In this document: positions 57,078 through 64,000 of the stretch, piece after piece
How the letters are laid out: each line of letters opens with the position of its first letter
Numbering within the stretch: the first letter of the stretch is position 1
DNA from: Candidatus Desulfovibrio intestinipullorum
Lineage (GTDB): Bacteria; Desulfobacterota; Desulfovibrionia; Desulfovibrionales; Desulfovibrionaceae
Reading direction: 5' to 3'
Assembly: GCA_019113165.1 (NCBI GenBank)
Contig: DXHV01000055.1
Location: forward strand, 30,009-94,008
DNA: 64,000 nucleotides
Notes under the pieces: model-generated
The model's database searches: none
What the model was told of the DNA's origin: nothing
Seen by the model: the letters and a program-made list of their open reading frames with translations, nothing else
Translations under genes and position numbers: made by a program

Positions 57078-57581
57078 ATGTACCCCCTGGCCCTCTGTCT
57101 GACCCTGGTCTCCCTGCTGGCACTCTCGAGTCTGGTCCTGCCTGGCTCTCTCGCGGACAGGGCCCAGATCCATCGTGCCCGCTGCGAGGCAGTGGCCGAC
57201 AACTTTCTCCTCTTTTGCAGTGCGGCCCGGCTCGCCCTGGACAAACAGGCCGCCGCACACGCAACCGGTTCCCCGGACCATTCCGCCGACCTCTCCCCTG
57301 CTGCTTCACTGACCCTGGCTCAGGTGGAGCAGCATCTGCCGCCTGGCTACGTGGCCCTGGGGTCCTGGCAGATAGCGAGCAGCGAAGACAGGGTCTGTGT
57401 CTACGGCCCCCCTGCCGCAGGCAGCCGCCACGAACTGCTGGCCTTCCATGTGCGCCGCAAACTCGACAATGCCCGCACTGCCGGTCAGTGCCGATCCAGT
57501 CACCTGCATCCCGCAGGCATTGCCCTGCCGGATGCCATCCCCGAAGGAAGTGTGGTATGCGTCCTTGCTCCCCGCCAATGA
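57078..57581 (+). CDS. PilM-like (R64/ICE-type) small pilus biogenesis protein
   Basis: ATG 57078 (GAGG 10 nt upstream). N-terminal TM MYPLALCLTLVSLLALSSLVL, then ..RARCEAVADNFLLFCSAARLAL..LPPGYVALGSWQI, resembling plasmid PilM. Confidence 0.5.
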   Translation: MYPLALCLTLVSLLALSSLVLPGSLADRAQIHRARCEAVADNFLLFCSAARLALDKQAAAHATGSPDHSADLSPAASLTLAQVEQHLPPGYVALGSWQIASSEDRVCVYGPPAAGSRHELLAFHVRRKLDNARTAGQCRSSHLHPAGIALPDAIPEGSVVCVLAPRQ

Positions 57582-58948
57582 ACACCATGTCCCGCGCAGT
57601 TCTCCGGACGGACCCTCTCGGGACCGTCCCGAAAACACCTGATGGAACGCCCGGCCCTGCCGCAGCGGATGCCGGCTTTACCCTCATCGAGGTCCTGGGC
57701 GCCCTGACCGTGGCAAGTCTTGTCCTGGTGCTGGTCATGACCCTGTGGAAGCGCGGGGCCGAGTGGCAGGAACAGGCGCAGGTGGCCTGGCATCTGCAGG
57801 CGGTCACGGCCGCTGCCACGGACTATGTCGCGAGGCATTACGACAGTCTGGCCGAAGAGGCCGGTCCGAGAGACGGTCCTGCCATCACCCTGCAGACCCT
57901 GATCAGTGAAGGCCTTCTGCCCGACGGCTTTCAGGAACACAATCCCTGGAATCAGAGCTATGCACTGACCGTGCGCAGCCTGGGAGACAGCCGTGAAGAA
58001 GGAGAAGAGGAAGGTAGCGAAGACACCGACACAGCCGGCCGCCTCCTGCTCCTGGTGCTCACCCAGGGCGGCCGCGGCACAAGCCATGATACCGGGGATG
58101 CGCACTTTCTCTCCGTCCTTGTGCCCGGCGCGGCCCGCAGGGCCGGCAGCAGCGCGGGCTTCATTCCCCATGCCCACCCGGACGGCTACGGCGAAGGCCA
58201 GCTTGTGGCAGGTCAGGGCGGCTATGTGCTCACCCTGGCCGACCTCGGGATTACCTCCCCTGGAGCCGGTCACCTTGGCAGCTACACAGTCCTTGGCGCA
58301 GGCTCCACGTCTTCCTCTTCGGACGTGCTCCACCGTGTGCCCGTAGACGGCCAGCCCGAGCTCAACCAGATGGAAGTGGACCTGGACATGACAGGCTGCG
58401 GGATCACCAATATCGGCTCCCTGCACCTCACCTCCTGGCCCCGGGATGGCGAAGAAGCCGACAAGAGGCCCCTGGACACCCTTGGCCCCGGCTCCGGCTG
58501 CGATCCTGAGGACGTGGGCAAGCTCTTTCTGGACGAGACCTACGGCCTCTACCTCTGCCGCATGATGGAGGGCTCGAACGGAACAAGGACTCCGGGCCTG
58601 GCCCTTATCAGCGATTCCGGCAACAACCTCTCCGTTCAGCACATGACCCTGGCAAGCGATCAGGACCTTGTCCCCAAGCCCGTCTGTGCCAGCGGCACGG
58701 GCATGGAGCCGCAGATCTTCGTGGCGCCCAGCATTGCCTCCTCCGGTCCCAGCAGTCCGTCCATGGTGGCCTGGCGCGCCTGGGCCAGCGAGGCGAATGC
58801 CACAACCTGGCGCGTGCACCTGGAGGTCAAGAACACCAGCCACTCGGCCAACGGCTGGTACGTCCCGTCCGTGGAAGGCGACGATCTGGCCCCCTATTAC
58901 GGATCCGTGCAGGTCATCACGGCCTGCGTGCGCAAGAGGGCCCGGTGA
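57578..58948 (+). CDS. pilV: PilV-like minor prepilin/adhesin
   Basis: ATGA overlap with the previous gene. 33-aa leader then AADAG/FTLIEVLGALTVASLVLVLVMTLW. 456 aa, the size class of R64 PilV. Confidence 0.65.
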   Translation: MNTMSRAVLRTDPLGTVPKTPDGTPGPAAADAGFTLIEVLGALTVASLVLVLVMTLWKRGAEWQEQAQVAWHLQAVTAAATDYVARHYDSLAEEAGPRDGPAITLQTLISEGLLPDGFQEHNPWNQSYALTVRSLGDSREEGEEEGSEDTDTAGRLLLLVLTQGGRGTSHDTGDAHFLSVLVPGAARRAGSSAGFIPHAHPDGYGEGQLVAGQGGYVLTLADLGITSPGAGHLGSYTVLGAGSTSSSSDVLHRVPVDGQPELNQMEVDLDMTGCGITNIGSLHLTSWPRDGEEADKRPLDTLGPGSGCDPEDVGKLFLDETYGLYLCRMMEGSNGTRTPGLALISDSGNNLSVQHMTLASDQDLVPKPVCASGTGMEPQIFVAPSIASSGPSSPSMVAWRAWASEANATTWRVHLEVKNTSHSANGWYVPSVEGDDLAPYYGSVQVITACVRKRAR

Positions 58949-59826
58949 TGACGCGCCCGGACAACGTCACGCGCAAGAGCGCCTGCCCTGAAAGCGGCAC
59001 AACCGGTTCCTGCCGGCAGGGTCAGCAGGCTGGTTCCTTGTGCCGGGAGCGCAGGGTTGTGTCCGTGCTGCCTGGTCTGCCTGGTCTGCCTGGTCTGCCC
59101 GGACTGCCTGGTCTGCCCGTGCTTCCCGTACTGGCCGTGCTGACTCTGGCCCTTGTGCTGACCCTGGCCCTTCCCGTGCGGCAGGCACAGGCCGATGTCT
59201 TCACAGGCCCCTGCAGGCTCTTTGGGGTGCCGCCCCTGCTTGCCATGGCCATGGCCCGGGTGGAATCGGACTGGTATCCCTGGTGCCTCAACATTGAAGG
59301 GAAGGATGTGCGGCCAAAATCCTTTGCCAGGGCCGTGCAGCTTGCCGAACAGGCCCTGCGTGCCGGCAAGTCCGTGGACGTGGGCCTCATGCAGATCAAC
59401 AGCTACTGGCTCAGGAAACTGCACATTGCCCCCGAGGTCGCCCTTCAGCCCCGCAACAACGTGATCCTCGGCCTCTATGTCCTGACGCAGGAAGTGCGCA
59501 GGCATGGCGCCACCTGGAAGGCCGTGGGCGCCTACCACTCGCCCACAGTGTGGCGCCAGCAGCGCTATGCCCGCAAGGTGCACACCTGCCTTGCGGCCCT
59601 GCAGCGGGCTCTGCAAACTGCACAGGCCGGGCAGGCGCAAGCCCAGGTTCAGGGAAAGGACAAAAGGACTGCCAGGGACAGGCTGAAGGACGCCCCCGTG
59701 TCCCTGTCCCGTCTCCTGCCGGGACTCTCCGAAGACAGCACAGGGGACAGGCCCGAACGCAAGACTGAAGGCAGGACTGGCAGCAGGCTTCAGCGCAGCC
59801 AGGGGAGTCAGGGGAGTTTCAGATGA
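58948..59826 (+). CDS. lytic transglycosylase (SLT domain), PilT in R64 nomenclature
   Basis: AMARVESDWYPW..VDVGLMQINSYW..YHSP are the SLT catalytic motifs. The N-terminal anchor contains the LPG repeat. GTG 58945 or ATG 58948 overlaps the pilV stop. Confidence 0.8.
   Translation: MTRPDNVTRKSACPESGTTGSCRQGQQAGSLCRERRVVSVLPGLPGLPGLPGLPGLPVLPVLAVLTLALVLTLALPVRQAQADVFTGPCRLFGVPPLLAMAMARVESDWYPWCLNIEGKDVRPKSFARAVQLAEQALRAGKSVDVGLMQINSYWLRKLHIAPEVALQPRNNVILGLYVLTQEVRRHGATWKAVGAYHSPTVWRQQRYARKVHTCLAALQRALQTAQAGQAQAQVQGKDKRTARDRLKDAPVSLSRLLPGLSEDSTGDRPERKTEGRTGSRLQRSQGSQGSFR
59068..59130 (+). repeat. 9-bp tandem repeat (ctgcctggt x3 perfect plus 4 degenerate units) encoding (LPG)n in the transglycosylase signal anchor
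   Basis: Read directly. Units start at 59068, 59077, 59086, 59095, 59104, 59113 and 59122. Confidence 0.9.
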
Positions 59827-60806
59827 GCGATGCCGCACAGCTTGTCTCCCTGTGGACCCTGTTTGCCACGGCGCCGGAATTGCTTTTCCTGCGCCTGGGG
59901 GCTGCCTTTGTCCTTGGCAGCATTCTGGCTTCCTTTGTGACCCTGTGCGCCGAGCGCCATGCCCAGGGGCACAGCTTTGTGCGGCCTGGATCGCACTGCA
60001 GCCACTGCCACCATCCCCTCACCATTCTGCAGCTTGTGCCCGTGGCAGGCTGGCTCCTTCAGGGTGGGCGCTGCGCCTTCTGCAAGACCCCCATCCCCTG
60101 GCGCTATCCTGTCCTTGAGGCAGGCCTCGGGCTCGTCTTTCTGGCGCTCTGCAGCCGATGGGGCTGGACGCCTGCCTTTCTTGTCCATGTGCCCGTGCTC
60201 TGCCTGCTGCTCTGGCTGGCCCTCACGGACTGGCTGACCCTGCGCCTGCCGGACAAAATAACCTTTCTCGCCCTTGGCTGTGTGCTGGCTGGCAAGACGC
60301 TGCTCGTGCTGACAGGTCCAGAATCCCTTTCCCTGGCAGGGCTTCTGAAGGCATGGGCCTTCTGGCTTGGCACAGGTGCTCTGGCAGCCCTCTTTCTCCT
60401 TGTCATGGGCCGTGTCCTGAGCCGTCGCGCAGGCCGCGAGGCCTTAGGCCTTGGCGATGTGAAGCTTGGCCTTGTCCTTGGCACCCTGCTGGAAGAGGAC
60501 GTGTTTGTCAGCCTGGCCCTGGCCTCTGTCCTTGCCCTTTTGGCCGCCCGGCTGGGTCTGCCTGGCTGGGCCGGACAAAGAAAGGCGTCTGAACAGGCAG
60601 AACAAGCCGAACAGGCCGGGGCACCCGAAGAGACAAGGATCCCTGACCAGGCCGAAGCATCCGCACAGACAAAGGCGTCGGGCCAGACCAGAGCATCCGA
60701 TCAGCCCCAGGCATCCGGTCAGCCCCAAACCACCGTCGTGGCCTTTGGCCCCTGCCTTGTCCTGGGCGCCCTGTGCACCCTCGCCGCCCGGGCCCTCATG
60801 CCCTGA
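59823..60806 (+). CDS. A24-family prepilin peptidase (PilU in R64 nomenclature)
   Basis: ATGA overlap with the previous stop. N-terminal CxxC..CxxC (CSHCHHPL..RCAFCKTPI). Catalytic Asp contexts LTDWLTLRLPD and GLGDVKLGLVLG. A Gln/Ala/Ser-rich insertion lies near the C-terminus. Confidence 0.85.
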   Translation: MSDAAQLVSLWTLFATAPELLFLRLGAAFVLGSILASFVTLCAERHAQGHSFVRPGSHCSHCHHPLTILQLVPVAGWLLQGGRCAFCKTPIPWRYPVLEAGLGLVFLALCSRWGWTPAFLVHVPVLCLLLWLALTDWLTLRLPDKITFLALGCVLAGKTLLVLTGPESLSLAGLLKAWAFWLGTGALAALFLLVMGRVLSRRAGREALGLGDVKLGLVLGTLLEEDVFVSLALASVLALLAARLGLPGWAGQRKASEQAEQAEQAGAPEETRIPDQAEASAQTKASGQTRASDQPQASGQPQTTVVAFGPCLVLGALCTLAARALMP

Positions 60807-60838
60807 CTGCCCCTGTCATCCTTCAAGGAGGTCCAACC

Positions 60839-61603
60839 ATGTTGCGCGCATTTCCTGCTGCAGACAGACCCGTCTGCTCTCGTTCAGGCACGTCCCGCAA
60901 GAGACGGGGATACGGCCGGATCCCTGCTCCCCTGAATCTGGTCCTGGCCCTGCTTCTGCCGGGTCTTGTCCCGGGTCTTGTGCTGAGTCTTGTCCTGGCG
61001 GCGGGCTGGCCAGCCCCGGCCCTGGCCCTGGATGCCACCTTTGACCCCACGTCTGCGGTCATTGTGCCGCAGTCGTCCTCCGGCGTGCCCATCGGCACCA
61101 TCATCGCCTGGCCCGTGAGTCAGGATCCGTCCGATGCCGCCGCCTGGCTGGACTGCGACGGCCGCACCATACAGGCCACGGACTATCCGGGTCTGGTGGC
61201 CGTGCTCTCGGGCTCGGCCACGGCCACCAGAGTGCGACTGCCCGACTTGCGCGGCCTTTTTCTGCGCGGCCACGGTTCCCGTACCCATCTGCAGAACAAT
61301 GGCGAAAACGTGGGCGTCACGGCCACCACCCATCAGAGCGGCCAGCTTGGCCAGGTGCAGGGCGATGCCATCCGCAACATCTATGGCACCCTGACCTGCG
61401 GGGAACGGATACCGGGCGGCGAGTGGATCAACGACTCCCTCACCGGCGCCTTCGGCTGGTACGGTCCCTCCAATGCCGACGGTCTTGGCCAGTCGGACGG
61501 CGACAATGTGCACTCCTTCTTCAGTGCCTCCAGGGTGGTGCCCACGGGCCCGGAAAACCGTCCCGTGAACATGGCCGTGCGCTACCTCATCCGCGCTCTT
61601 TAG
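60839..61603 (+). CDS. phage tail-collar (tail-fibre-like) domain protein with N-terminal membrane anchor/signal
   Basis: SD AAGGAGG before ATG 60839. GTIIAWPVS..WLDCDGRTIQATDYPGLVAVL..RLPDLRGLFLRGHG matches the collar domain. The C-terminus is ENRPVNMAVRYLIRA. Confidence 0.7.
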   Translation: MLRAFPAADRPVCSRSGTSRKRRGYGRIPAPLNLVLALLLPGLVPGLVLSLVLAAGWPAPALALDATFDPTSAVIVPQSSSGVPIGTIIAWPVSQDPSDAAAWLDCDGRTIQATDYPGLVAVLSGSATATRVRLPDLRGLFLRGHGSRTHLQNNGENVGVTATTHQSGQLGQVQGDAIRNIYGTLTCGERIPGGEWINDSLTGAFGWYGPSNADGLGQSDGDNVHSFFSASRVVPTGPENRPVNMAVRYLIRAL

Positions 61604-61612
61604 GATGTGCCC

Positions 61613-62965
61613 ATGGCTCGTTCCAAAACTTCGGAGGCCCCGCCGAGCGGCGCAGGGCCCCTGCTCATCTGCACAGGGATCTGTCTCGCCCTTGCCCTGG
61701 CCTCGGCACGCTTCGGGCCGGATCTGGCACGCCTGCTGCTGGATCTGGCCCGTCTGCTTCTTGTCCCCCTGGCTTATGCAAGCGATCACTATGCGGCTGT
61801 TCTCGCCCGTCTTGCTTCGGCTCCTTCCTGGCAGCAGCCCGAGCCCGGCCAGGCCCTGGCCCTGCTGCAGGCCGTCTGCCGTCCCTATGTCTTCTGTGTC
61901 GGCCTGCCCCTGTCCTTCCTCTATATTGCCCTTGGCTGGCGGACCTCGGTGGCCGATGTCTACCGCCGGACCCTGACCATGAAGGGGCTGCTGGCCACGC
62001 AAAAGCCCTTTTCCGCCTGCATTGCGCCCATCCTGAACTGGCCGGTGAGCCTGCTTGAGGAGCCCCTGGACCGCGGCCCCTGGCGGGCCGGCAGACAGCC
62101 CGTGCAGCTGGCCGTGGACCACGGTCTGCTGCTTTCTCCGGCACAGGGAGGGGGCAGGCCCGTGGCACGGGAGGACATTGTCGGTCCGGACAACCTGGCC
62201 CGGGCGGACTCGCCCTGGCTTGGCCGCACGCACAAGGGCCTTGCCCTGGACCGGGAAAGGGCACGAAGGCTCTTTGCCGCCCAGCTTGGGCCCAGGTGGG
62301 CCGGCTGGCACAAGCTCCCCCCGGAACTGGCCAAGCTCTCCTGTGCCTGGATGCTCTTTGCCAGCGACCACAAGAACGAGGCTCAGGCCCTGCTGGACGA
62401 GCTCTCCCTGTCCTTCAGGGCTCCCGAAAAGGCCCGCAAGGCTCGCTGGCAGTGGACTCCGCCCTTTCGCATCCCGGCACAAAAGGGGCACCCCTACCTG
62501 CTGGACACGCATCTGAACGCAGCCACCCGGGCACTCTGCGAGCAGGCCCTGAACAGTCCCCTTGTGCAGAAGGCCCTGCGGCCGCACAGCACCTGGCGCA
62601 ACCTGGCCCTGCTGGCGCTCTACGAGGCCGCACGCAGCAAGGGGGTGCTGCCCACGGCCGAGTTTATCTGGCTCAGGCCGGTGCACAGGGAACTCTTCTA
62701 TTTGTGCAACAATGTGGGCCGCCGCACGGCCTGGCCGGAAATTGCCGGAGCCCTGGCCCACTATCAGGCCGAAGAGGTCCTGGGCCACATGGATGCGGCA
62801 AGCCGGGGCATTGTCGAGCCCCAGGTGGAAGAGGCCGTGACCTCCCTGGAAGTGGCGCTTTACGAGGAAGGCTGGATCTCGCCTGATGCCCTGTCCGAGC
62901 AGGTGGCAGGCAAGAGCAGGAATCTGGGGCTGGACGATCCCGAAAGCGCCCGCAGGGAGGTATGA
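61613..62965 (+). CDS. IcmP/DotM (TrbA-like) T4BSS coupling-complex membrane protein
   Basis: Two N-terminal TMs. YRRTLTMKGLLATQKPFSACIAPILNWPVSLLEEPLDRGPWRAGRQPVQLAVDHGLL resembles the conserved DotM region. The start is ATG 61613 or GTG 61607. Confidence 0.55.
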   Translation: MARSKTSEAPPSGAGPLLICTGICLALALASARFGPDLARLLLDLARLLLVPLAYASDHYAAVLARLASAPSWQQPEPGQALALLQAVCRPYVFCVGLPLSFLYIALGWRTSVADVYRRTLTMKGLLATQKPFSACIAPILNWPVSLLEEPLDRGPWRAGRQPVQLAVDHGLLLSPAQGGGRPVAREDIVGPDNLARADSPWLGRTHKGLALDRERARRLFAAQLGPRWAGWHKLPPELAKLSCAWMLFASDHKNEAQALLDELSLSFRAPEKARKARWQWTPPFRIPAQKGHPYLLDTHLNAATRALCEQALNSPLVQKALRPHSTWRNLALLALYEAARSKGVLPTAEFIWLRPVHRELFYLCNNVGRRTAWPEIAGALAHYQAEEVLGHMDAASRGIVEPQVEEAVTSLEVALYEEGWISPDALSEQVAGKSRNLGLDDPESARREV

Positions 62966-62994
62966 CGTTCAGAAGAATCTGGAGAAGCTCAGGA

Positions 62995-63030
62995 CAAGGT
63001 ACATGGCACGTTGCTGTGTACCTTGTTTCG
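62995..63030 (+). terminator. possible terminator after the dotM-like gene
   Basis: caaggtaca-N11-tgtaccttg followed by tttcgtt. GC content drops from this point. Confidence 0.4.
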
Positions 63031-63098
63031 TTATCAGCTGTTGGCAACACAGGGGCTTTCCTGATAAGGAACAGCAAACAGTCATGAAGGAGCGCGCC

Positions 63099-64000
63099 AT
63101 GCCAACAGACAACAGAAAAGAACAGGAACGTGCCGAGCTGCACCGTGCCATCTGGAACATAGCCAACGATCTGCGTGGCAGTGTGGATGGCTGGGACTTC
63201 AAGCAGTATGTCCTTGGTGTCCTCTTCTACCGGTACATCTCGGAGAATCTGACCAATTACATCAATGTCTGGACGGCAGAGTCCGGGGATTCGAATTTCA
63301 ATTATGAAGAGATCGATGATTCCCGTGCTGAAAAGGTTCGCAAGAGCATGGTCCGGATCAAGGGCTTTTTCATTCTGCCGAGCGAACTCTTTGCCAATGT
63401 CTGCAAAAGGGCAGACAATGATGAGAACCTGAACGAGACCCTGGATCGCATCTTCAGGCATATTGAAGATTCTGCCGCAGGAACGGACAGTGAAAGCGAT
63501 TTCAAGGGATTATTTGACGACGTCGATGTCAACAACAACAAGCTTGGCACTGATGTCCCTGCCCGCAATGCCAAGCTGCGCAAGCTTTTGCATGGCGTTC
63601 AGGCCATGCAGCTTGGCAACTACAAGGACAACACCATCGACGCCTTCGGTGATGCCTACGAATTTCTGATGGGCATGTACGCCTCCAATGCCGGCAAGAG
63701 CGGCGGAGAGTTCTACACCCCTCAGGAAGTGTCCGAACTGCTGGCCCGCATCACCACAGTTGGCAAGACAAGTGTGAACAAAGTCTATGATCCGGCCTGC
63801 GGCTCAGGGTCTCTGCTGCTGAAATTTGCCAAGATTCTCGGCACAGAGAATGTCACAACCGGATTCTTCGGTCAGGAAATCAATATCACGACCTACAACT
63901 TGTGCCGCATCAACATGTTCCTGCACGATGTCGATTATAACAAATTCGACATTGCCCTGGGCGATACGCTGACTGCTCCGCAGCACTGGGATGACGAGCC
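63099..64000 (+). CDS. hsdM: type I restriction-modification system methyltransferase subunit HsdM (5' part; continues beyond the window)
   Basis: Not in the ORF track because it has no stop in the window. SD AAGGAG before ATG 63099. LHRAIWNIANDLRGSVDGWDFKQYVLGVLFYRYISE is the HsdM N-domain, followed by GEFYTPQEVS and the AdoMet motif VYDPACGSGSLLL. Confidence 0.9.
   Translation, partial: MPTDNRKEQERAELHRAIWNIANDLRGSVDGWDFKQYVLGVLFYRYISENLTNYINVWTAESGDSNFNYEEIDDSRAEKVRKSMVRIKGFFILPSELFANVCKRADNDENLNETLDRIFRHIEDSAAGTDSESDFKGLFDDVDVNNNKLGTDVPARNAKLRKLLHGVQAMQLGNYKDNTIDAFGDAYEFLMGMYASNAGKSGGEFYTPQEVSELLARITTVGKTSVNKVYDPACGSGSLLLKFAKILGTENVTTGFFGQEINITTYNLCRINMFLHDVDYNKFDIALGDTLTAPQHWDDE

Larger units (their letters stand above)
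23389..62965. mobile_element. IncI/Dot-Icm-type (type IVB, MPF-I) secretion/conjugation gene region with R64-type thin-pilus operon; boundaries not defined
   Basis: Recognisable homologues of IcmB, IcmL, IcmE, IcmK, DotD, DotC, DotB, IcmT, PilL/N/O/P/Q/R/S/M/V/T/U and IcmP, partly in Legionella/R64 gene order. No integrase, relaxase, T4CP or att repeats seen in the window. Confidence 0.6.

Noticed and set aside
57578-59000. Shufflon (multiple inverted sfx-type repeats, alternative pilV 3' exons, rci recombinase) downstream of pilV
   Set aside because: pilV is followed immediately, with an overlapping stop/start, by the SLT gene. I saw no clustered inverted 19-bp repeats or recombinase gene.
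60884-62788. 634-aa ORF on the minus strand
   Set aside because: It is antisense to the collar-domain and DotM-like genes, with no motifs or SD.
1-64000. tRNA/tmRNA genes, rRNA, integrase genes or att direct repeats delimiting the T4BSS element
   Set aside because: I could not recognise any tRNA-like T-arm or acceptor pattern or any intact tyrosine/serine recombinase. The only recombinase-like fold (20361..21362) lacks catalytic residues and carries Mop domains. Element borders therefore remain undefined.

Overview
High-GC bacterial segment. Its gene content (tungsten-type aldehyde:ferredoxin oxidoreductase with MoaD/ThiF partners and a TunR-like Mop-domain regulator, MoeA plus a MoeA-PBP fusion, Fe-ADH) looks Desulfovibrionaceae-like; this is an inference. 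Region 1-23 kb holds mixed metabolic and accessory genes: a possible peptide-modification module (Arg/Ser-repeat twin-arginine-leader peptide plus an HprK-like kinase fused to a PqqD/RRE domain), two decayed ATPase genes, an AEC transporter, aldehyde and alcohol dehydrogenases, an orphan 4-repeat CRISPR array, molybdopterin genes, and a small AT-rich cassette bounded by 17-bp direct repeats. Region 23.4-63 kb holds a large IncI/Dot-Icm-type (type IVB, MPF-I) secretion/conjugation gene set plus an R64-type thin (type IVb) pilus operon. These form two divergent blocks around a 2.6-kb AT-rich non-coding hub that carries a second mini CRISPR array and a nested inverted-repeat element. Many envelope components carry very large low-complexity extensions, for example a prepilin whose processing site lies about 417 codons from its start and a 1039-aa DotF-like protein. 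A phage tail-collar protein sits in the pilus operon. No coupling protein, relaxase, DotA or integrase is visible in the window. The window ends in a lower-GC type I R-M methylase gene (hsdM, partial). Many long ORFs in the supplied track are antisense artefacts of high GC. All family assignments come from motif recognition by eye, not from searches.
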